Assembly (NCBI GenBank): GCA_021372295.1
Contig: JAJFUS010000027.1
Coordinates: forward strand, 8,378-72,377
DNA: 64,000 nt
Direction: 5' to 3'
Source of the DNA: a bacterium
GTDB lineage: Bacteria > Armatimonadota > UBA5829
Below are positions 17,303-26,100 of the stretch, piece after piece. The translations under genes and the position numbers were made by a program. A model generated the notes under the pieces. That model had not been told where the DNA came from and did no database searches. It saw only the letters and a program-made list of their open reading frames with translations. Every line of letters begins with the position of its first letter. Position 1 is the first letter of the stretch.

Positions 17303-19456
17303 ATGAAGATCAGGATCATACAATTGATGGTGTGCATGTTTTTGCTGCTGTCTGCGGCGGCCGTTAATGCGACGGTGCTAGTAGAGATGCCGCGTGAAGA
17401 CGGCATGCTGCCTTACACGTCCGAGCTGCTCAAAGAACGGCTTATGCTGCTTACCGGTGAGGAAGTCAAAATCGTATCCGCCGGCGCGCACAAAGCGGAT
17501 GTGCGCCTCAAGTTCGACAAGTCAATTGAGAAGCAGCTCGGCTCAGAAGGTTACCGGATATCCACCGGCAAAGACGGTGCCACCATTTCCGCCGCCAGCC
17601 CTAGTGGTCTTCTGTATGGAGCCTGCGGCCTGATCGAATGGATTATGGCCGAGACAACTCCCAATCTTGCCAACAAGCAGGATGTGGACATAGACTTTCC
17701 GGTCAAGGCTGGCCAGGCGGCGAAGTTCTTCCGCGCCATGCCTAAGACAACCATAGAGGACAAGCCGTACTACTCCACCAGAGGTGTGGAACTTTCTAAC
17801 CTTGGTCTCGGTGTGGCCGATCTCATAGACACTCCCAAGGGTGCGGAGAAATACAACAGCTACAGTCAAGTGTCAGGTGGGTTCCGGGACACTGTCGAGG
17901 TATGGAAGAACTGGTGCGATTGGTGTGCACGGCACCGGATGAATTTCATAACCAGCTGGCCTTACAGCGCGGGCACCAACTGGTGGGATCTTGCGAGCGA
18001 CCCGATGACCAAGGGCACCAGCGTATACGATGCCGATGAGATCGAACGCTCCGCCGAAGTCAGGGAGAGCCTGTTCAAATACGCTCGCACTCGAGGCCTC
18101 GTTCCTTACCTGATGAATTACGTGCCCGGAGCAGCGTCCCCGGCGATCAATCGCGCTTATCCCGATATAATAGGCGTGAGCACCCAACCCGATTATCCAA
18201 CGCCTTACAAGCTGGTCGGCACAAAGGCAGTGGATATGTTCCGCGTTCAGATACGAGCAATAATGCGCACTTATCCATCCCTTGGGGGTCTGCATCTCCG
18301 ATGGTGGGGCGAGTCTTTCTTGAGCCGCGGCGAAGGCCATGCGCAGTTGGAAGGCCTCGCGCTTGCCATCATGGAATCTGCTAAGGAAGCGCGTCCTGAC
18401 GCCCGATTCATAATGAGCGGCTACTTCCGTAGCGGTGGCACTAAGGAGTTCGCCGCGAAGCTGCCGCAGGGGTCTACAATCCAGTCCAAGTGGGGTCTCC
18501 AAGTCCATAAGACACAACGCTTTAATGGGATTGGAGGCGACTGGGAGCCGAGCGTGGACCCCGACGTTCCATTCGACAGAATTCGGGAAGTGGAAAGGCC
18601 GTTCCTTATCAGCCAGAATCTGCCCGGAGAGGAGTACCATCCAATTGGTGGTGTCCAGTACAGGTCTCTTGCCAAAGGAGTGGATAAGTATTTCCGCGCA
18701 GCCGACCAGGTTCCCAACCTCGATGGGTTCGCCACTGTCTCCGGCGAAAAAGACCACGAATGGATCACCGAGACCAACTATATCACCTTTGCGCGTCTGA
18801 ATTGGAATCCCGGAAAGACTGATGTCAGTTCATTGATCCGCAATTACCTGACCACCCACTATGGTTCTAAGGTATCTGAACCCGCGTTCAAGGCGCTCGA
18901 ACTCACCCAGGACGCACTGGAGGAGTGGGTGCTGGACTTCGCGGGCATCGCGCCATACATGGATTATTCGCGTATTTCCGGCATGTTCGGTTTGCAGCGG
19001 GCCCAGAGTCTTAATCCCACACAGCTCAAAGAACGACTGGCGGTAGTGACGGCAGAAGCCGGGAAACTGGCTGAAGCATATCGGCTTGTGAGTCAAGCGG
19101 AGCAGGACGTTATAAGTGAGGGGAAGGCTTCCTATTCGGACTTTCTCATCCAGACCAAGTTCTACGCCGATTTCATAGAGTCACGCAGGCTGATGGCTGA
19201 TGCGTCCAACGACAAAGCCGCCAACAACTTCGACTCAATGGCTAAAAAGCTCATGCAGCTAAAGGAGATGGACAAGCAAATGCTGCAACTGGCGATGTCC
19301 AAGCCCAACATCTCCGACGATTTCGAGATGGAGGGCATGAAAACGGCAGTCAATATGCCTCCTTCTATCGAGGATGAGATTCGACAGATAGATGGCATTC
19401 TTAAACCCGAGGTGCTCTCCAGCTTCGATATCGACGCCGGTCTGACAGCCAAGTAG
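17303..19456 (+). CDS. Secreted glycoside hydrolase candidate with a GH20b/GH67N-type N-terminal domain
   Basis: It has a signal peptide. ...LGSEGYRISTGKDGATISAASPSGLLYGACGLIEWI... is the typical N-domain pattern of GH20/GH67/GH115-type enzymes. The catalytic family is not resolved. Confidence 0.4.
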   Translation: MKIRIIQLMVCMFLLLSAAAVNATVLVEMPREDGMLPYTSELLKERLMLLTGEEVKIVSAGAHKADVRLKFDKSIEKQLGSEGYRISTGKDGATISAASPSGLLYGACGLIEWIMAETTPNLANKQDVDIDFPVKAGQAAKFFRAMPKTTIEDKPYYSTRGVELSNLGLGVADLIDTPKGAEKYNSYSQVSGGFRDTVEVWKNWCDWCARHRMNFITSWPYSAGTNWWDLASDPMTKGTSVYDADEIERSAEVRESLFKYARTRGLVPYLMNYVPGAASPAINRAYPDIIGVSTQPDYPTPYKLVGTKAVDMFRVQIRAIMRTYPSLGGLHLRWWGESFLSRGEGHAQLEGLALAIMESAKEARPDARFIMSGYFRSGGTKEFAAKLPQGSTIQSKWGLQVHKTQRFNGIGGDWEPSVDPDVPFDRIREVERPFLISQNLPGEEYHPIGGVQYRSLAKGVDKYFRAADQVPNLDGFATVSGEKDHEWITETNYITFARLNWNPGKTDVSSLIRNYLTTHYGSKVSEPAFKALELTQDALEEWVLDFAGIAPYMDYSRISGMFGLQRAQSLNPTQLKERLAVVTAEAGKLAEAYRLVSQAEQDVISEGKASYSDFLIQTKFYADFIESRRLMADASNDKAANNFDSMAKKLMQLKEMDKQMLQLAMSKPNISDDFEMEGMKTAVNMPPSIEDEIRQIDGILKPEVLSSFDIDAGLTAK

Positions 19457-19553
19457 GGCGCCAACTTGTATTGAAGGAAGAGGCCCACTGAATATGCCGG
19501 CCTCTTCCCATCTCTGAATATGGCGCCGATCTCATTGTCCACACCGTATGAAT

Positions 19554-19583
19554 GTCACCGATTTGTGTCGGTGACTGTTTTTG
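19554..19583 (+). terminator. Rho-independent terminator, a sequence relative of the one at 14197
   Basis: GTCACCGA-TTTGTG-TCGGTGAC followed by TGTTTTTG. It is preceded by a second hairpin, GGAAGAGGCC...GGCCTCTTCC (19476-19508). Confidence 0.7.
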
Positions 19584-19815
19584 TGTACATCCTCCTGCCA
19601 ATCGACGCGTTCACACTACTCTTCATGATGTCAATATAACATGCTCATCGGGCCGCCACTGTGTTACCGGTTGTCAAATTCAGCGACAGTATTTGCACTT
19701 TGTATGACATGACTCACTGAAAAAGCATACTCAAAATATCACAGCCAATTATATGTGTGCTCTGCTATAATACAGCCACAATATCCCAGTTAACATCGAA
19801 AAGGAGTCGACGCGA

Positions 19816-20172
19816 ATGGTCAAGTTGTTCAAAAGGTTACTGATAGTTCTTTATGCGTATGTGTTGTGCCTGGGAATGACGGCTTTTGCTAATGTCAAGT
19901 CAGACTTCCTGTCCTCAAATTCTAATGCAAGTGATTGGGAAGTCGGTTTTTGGGACGATGACGGCCAGGGCATAGCGGGCTGGTGTCTAGACAACTGTCC
20001 CGGTTCTGAGGTTGGCATCACAATGAATTATACCGATCAGCCCATCGCTGGATACGGTGTTTATTGGGAGCCCGGCGGAGCCAGGCTTATGGATGACATG
20101 TTTACGAGAAATTCTGCTGATGAAACGGGCGGGATATCCGCATCTGTCGATACTGCGAAGGAGGCGATGTAG
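19816..20172 (+). CDS. Small secreted hypothetical protein, immediately upstream of the giant gene
   Basis: It has a signal peptide (LCLGMTAFA), AAGGAG upstream, and its stop lies 2 nt before the next ATG. Confidence 0.5.
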   Translation: MVKLFKRLLIVLYAYVLCLGMTAFANVKSDFLSSNSNASDWEVGFWDDDGQGIAGWCLDNCPGSEVGITMNYTDQPIAGYGVYWEPGGARLMDDMFTRNSADETGGISASVDTAKEAM

Positions 20173-20174
20173 AA

Positions 20175-23100
20175 ATGAGACGAATCTTCATATTTGCAAT
20201 CATCTGTTTTTGTGCGCTTGCTGCTTCTTGCCAGACAGGCGCGGATATACTTCGGGTCAAAGTTGGTGGTACCGGTAACGGCACCAGTTGGGCGAATGCG
20301 TACGGCAAAATACAAGATGCTATCACCGCTTCGTCTGAGGACGATAGGATCTGGGTTCAGGGCTATTCTGACACCACGGTTTATAACGAATGCATCACAC
20401 TGAAAAATGGTGTTTCGATTAAGGGCGGATACGTAGGCGATAACAACAATAATACTGATGACGACTTGCGCGATATCGGCGACAATCCGACTTACGTCAC
20501 GACCATTTCTGCCTCAGGCTTGGATAGTTGTGTGGTCTATGCAGATGGCATAACCAACACCGAGGGCACTATTATCGAGTACTGCACCATCCGGGACGGC
20601 GTCGGTAAGCTGGTTTCCAACTACCGATACGGCTGCGGTGTATGTTGCATAAGCGCCTCACCGACTATCAGCCACTGCCGAATTTGCACCAATTACTATG
20701 ATGAGAGCGGCACATATACTTATCATGGCGGTGGAATATATGGAGATGCCGACTCAACTCCGGTGATACAGAACTGTGTAATTGTGTCGAATACGAGTGA
20801 TTGTGGTGGCGGGATATATTTGTATCAAGGTATTTGCACTGACAACAATATTTCCTCGAACCGTGCATGGGGACAAGGTGGTGGAGCCAGTCTTGGAGGT
20901 TCCGGTGCCACGGAATCAACCTTTACCGGCAATACAGTCAGTTCAAACCATGCTGTTTACGGCGGTGGTGGCGTATTTCTTGGCAATGGATCCGCTTATA
21001 CTGTATTTTCAGATAATCTAATTGATAGTAATGGCGTAATTGATGATGGCGGTGGCATTTCTGCCTTAGGTTCATGCAGTATCTTGAATAACAGGATAAC
21101 CAACAATTCTGCATGGGGGTGCGGCGGAGGTATTTTCTGGTATGAAGGTTCCTCATCGGGCAGCCTATATAACAACGTCATAAGTGGCAATAAGGCATAT
21201 ACATGGGGTAAAGGAGCCTATATAAGTTCAAGCGCCCACACGGAAATAGTCAATAACACAATTGTGAATAACACAAGTCAAGATGGCGGTATTAATCCAT
21301 GTGCTATCTACCTGACTGGCGGCACTGTTGGACTATACAACAATATTATCGCCAATAATTCCACGTACGGTGTTTATACTGTCGGGCAGATTACTTATTC
21401 CTATTACAACTGTTTATATAATAACGGCACAGACTATAACGTAACCCCGGTTAACAGCCTGGGCAATATCAATACATCTCCCAGCTTTGAGACAGACGGT
21501 TATCATCTGGCGGCGAATTCTACTAATTGCATCGACGCCGGTTACTACGATATCGTTGCTTGGGATACAGATATTGACACTCAGCCTCGTGTCCAAGGCA
21601 ACAATGTCGATATCGGCGCTGATGAGATTGACAATGACCCGCCAAGGGGAAGTATTGTGATTAGCGGGAGCGATGTGTTGTATACGCTGTCGACTACTGT
21701 CACTCTAATTCTCCACGCAACCGATTATTCCAGCGGAGTCTATCAGATGCGCTTCAGCAATGATGATTCAACTTGGAGTGAATGGGAGAGCTATGGATCC
21801 ATTAAGAGCTGGACTCTGGCCTCCGGCGACGGTGAGAAGACTGTTTACGTGCAGTATAAAGATAATGCCGGCAATGTGTCTGCCAGTTTCAGTGACCGCA
21901 TATACCTGCGTGTTGGTAATAAGGTTATATATGTAAATAACCAGACAGGCAATGACAATAACTATGGATTCACCTGGGCCACTGCGAAGGCGACTATCTG
22001 GAGAGGCGTTCAAGCTGCGCAGAGTGGCGATGAGGTGTGGGTAGCCGAGGGAACATATACTATTACCGTTATTTGCCCCACCAAGTCCAATATTGGCATA
22101 TATGGTGGCTTTGCCGGCGATGAGCTCAATCGTAATGACAGAGATTGGGTTACACACGAAACCATAATCGATGGTAGTGCGAATTATCTCGTAGTGGACG
22201 TTCCCATTGAGGGCAGCGGATCAGTCATAGATGGCTTTACCTTCCGCAACGGTGTCCCTTATGATGTTGGTGGGTACATATGGTGCTCTGGCTCAGTCAC
22301 CATTGCCCATAACAAGGTACTCATTGATGAGGCAGATTCTGCAATTTACATTGATGCAGCAGCAACGTTTCATGACAACCTTGTTATTGCAAGCTTTTTG
22401 AGTGGTGAGCCTATCAAGAATGGTGTTGTAGTTGGGTCGGGTGCGCAAATATTCAACAACACGATCGTTAACGCCTGTATAGCGTATAGTGACAGCGGCA
22501 CCTACGCAGTGGATAATAATATCATAGCGAATTGGGGAGATACCGCGACAATCACTTTGGATGCTGATTCCTGTTATAACAACTGTTTCTATGGTTTCGA
22601 CGCAGCAGACATCATAGGTGTCAACAACAACTTCTCAGGCGATCCACTGTTTGTGGACTCAGCGAACGGGGATTATCATTTATCAAACATCTCGCCATGT
22701 ATCGACGCCGGTTTGGGCAGTGTTGTGGGTACTGGCTGGCTGGATATTGATAATCAGCCTCGCATCCAGGGCAACAGCGTGGACATTGGTGTTGATGAGG
22801 TCGACAATGTTGTTCCGGTCGGCAGTGTGCTGATAAACCAAGGTGACACTTACGCACAATTAGCGGACGTGGTCTTAACTCTCACGGCGACGGATGCCGT
22901 CAGTGGCGTTTCCAAGATGCGTTTCAGCAATGACGGTTCAACTTGGAGCAGTTGGGAAAACTATGATACCAGTTGGGACTGGACTCTGGCTTCCGGCGAC
23001 GGAAACAAGACCGTCTATGCGCAGTTTAAGGATAATGCCGGCAATGTTTCTGCAACCTATAGTGACAGCATATACTTGCGTGTTGGTGAGAAAACCATAT

Positions 23101-26100
23101 ACGTCAACGGTCAAACCGGCAGCGACAATAACTACGGGTTTACCTGGGCGAGTGCAAAGGCGACTGTTTCCGGAGCTATCAGCACTGCATTAAGTGGCGA
23201 CCAGGTGTGGGTGGCGCAAGGAACATATTATGGGTGTATTACCCTGCCTGTGGGCGTGAAGCTGTATGGTGGATTCCCGACAACAAGCGAAAGCATACCC
23301 AATCCTGGTTTGAGCGACAGAGATTGGACAACAAATGTCTCAATATTGGATGCCAATGGTGCCGCAAGCACCGTGATATGCAATGTGGGTGTTACGAATA
23401 CAAGTGTCATAGACGGTTTCACGATAACCAATGCCACCAGCACAAGTGGGATTAAGTGCACAGACGCGCATCCGGTTATTTCTCACAATATTATTGATAT
23501 CAATGCGGTAAGCGGCATTTCATGCTGGGGCAATTCGCATCCCACCATTTGGGGGAATATCATATGTGATACAGCAACTTCAGCATCGCCATTATATGGT
23601 GAAATATATGATGGTATAGATATCAATGATACCTCATCTCCGCTGATAGTCAACAACACCATTGTTGATTTGCCGTGCAACGGCATTCATCTGACCAATA
23701 GACTTACTGTTTTTCCAACGATCGCCAACAACATTATTGCATACAACTCACGTGGGATATGTAGCGATGGCATCAATACGACCTCTGTCCTTGTGAATAA
23801 TCTTGTAGCCGTTAATAGCACCAATTATGTCTACGTTACAATGGGGGCCACCGACCTTATTCCATATGCCCCTGGCTTTGTTGACCGATCTGGCGCAGAT
23901 TACCACTTGATAGCAACTTCGCACGCCATTAATGGTGGTGATAGCAGCTACGTTGGTGAAGATTGGACTGACATTGATGGCGAGTCTCGTATAATGGGTT
24001 CGCATGTAGATATCGGCGCTGATGAATTTGTTGATTTTGCTGCTCCAACTAATGGAAGCATTGTGATCAATAGTGGCGCTGAGAATACTGAATCTCTTAG
24101 CGTTACCCTGACTCTTTCTGCAACTGATGACTATAGCGGCGTGTATCAGATGCGTTTCAGCAATGATGGCTCGACCTGGAGCGATTGGTATAGCTATGCA
24201 ACCACTAAGGGTTGGACTTTAGCCGCCAACGCTGCTGCGGAAAAGACAGTATACGTTCAGTTTCAAGATAAAGCATATCAAATATCTGACAGCTACAGCG
24301 ATACAATTGTATTGGTGGATATAACACCTCCTACTGGAAGCGTTGGTATTTCAGGAAGTAACGGTACCTGTACGCTTACTACATCAGTAACCCTTGTCTT
24401 GAGTGCGTCAGATTCGGGAAGCGGCGTGTATCAGATGCGTTTCAGCAATGACGGTTCGACCTGGAGCGATTGGGAGAGCTATGCAACCAGTAAGAGTTGG
24501 ACTCTGACTTCCGGCGAAGGGGAAAAGATAGTCTATGCGCAGTTCAAGGACTATTTCGGAAATGTAGCTGACGCCTCTGACGCGATATATTATCGTGTTG
24601 GTGAGAAGATTATATATGTTAATGCCGCAACAGGCGATGACGATAACTATGGATTTACCTGGGCGACTGCGAAGAAGAGTATCTACGGTGCCACATATCA
24701 GTTTGTGCAAAGTGGCGATGAAATATGGGTTGCCGCGGGGCAATATTCCAACATTGTCTCCGGCTTTATCAGTGTGCCCAACGTTGCGATATATGGCGGC
24801 TTTTTGGGCAGTGAAACCTCACTCGATCAAAGAAACTGGGTTGCCAACGAGACCGAAGTCATCAACTGGGGAGAAGCTTCCTGGGGATATATTGGTCTTT
24901 CTGGGCTGGTCATAGATGGTTTTACCCTTACTGATGTGTCTTCCCGAGGGTGGACCAGCGCAGTTACTATGGCTCATAATAAGATATGGATAACTGAGGC
25001 GGATGAAACAATCAACTTAAGTGCGGCAGTGGCGTTTCATGATAACTTGGTTATAACAGACACGTCGCAAATGTATGGCGAGACCATTACGGGTGGCGTT
25101 GCATTCGGATCAGGTGCGCAAATAATTAACAACACACTTATCGACACCAAGATATCGTACAGCGGCACTGGCACATATGCACTTAAAAACAACATCGTTG
25201 CAAATTTGGGAGACACTTCTACACTTTCCTTGGATCTTGCCTCATGCTACAACAACTGTTTCTACGGGTTCGATGTGCCGGGCGTTATCGGGAGCAACGG
25301 CAATTTTTCCAGTGATCCTCTGTTTGTGTATAAGGCGCATTATTGCGGTGACTACCACTTGACTTACGCTTCTCCGTGCATCGATACCGGACTTGACAGC
25401 GCTGTCGTGTCTGATCTGGATCTGGATAAGAATGATCGACAAATTGATCTTGCAGTAGGAACCTCGGGTGTCGCGGTAGATATTGGCGCTTACGAATATC
25501 CAGACTTGGCTTCTCCAAGTGGAAGTATCGTGATCAAAAATGGCGATGCGTATACGCAATCTACTACTGTCGACTTGACCCTTTCCGCAACTGATGATTA
25601 TAGCGGCGTGTATCAGATGCGCTTCAGCAATGATGGCTCGACTTGGAGCAGTTGGGTAAACTACCAAACCAGCTCAAGCTGCTCTTTGACTTCCGGCGAC
25701 GGCACAAAGACCGTTTATGTTCAGTTTATGGACAATGTAGGACGTGTGTCCGGTTCCTTCAGCGATACCATCATTTTGGATACAACATCTCCCACAGGAA
25801 GTATTAGTATTTCAAACGGAGCCCTTTACGCGACTGCGACATCAGTGACTCTTAACTTGAGCGCATCAGATGCTCGGAGTGGCGTATATCAGATGCGCTT
25901 TAGCAATGATGGCTCGACGTGGGGCAATTGGATTAATTATGCGACCAGCGCGAGTTGGTCTCTGACCTCCGGTGACGGAGAGAAGACCGTATATGCTCAG
26001 TTCAAGGACAATGTCGGCAATGTGTCGGCCAGCTATAGCGACAAAATATACCTGCGCGTCGGTGCGAAAACCATATATGTCAATGGCGAGACGGGCGGCA

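Noticed and set aside
15962-18757. Long minus-strand ORFs (15962..16792 and 17873..18757) inside the two glycosidase genes
   Set aside because: They are antisense shadows of long, signal-peptide-bearing plus-strand ORFs. Their composition is Arg/Ala-rich and low-complexity.
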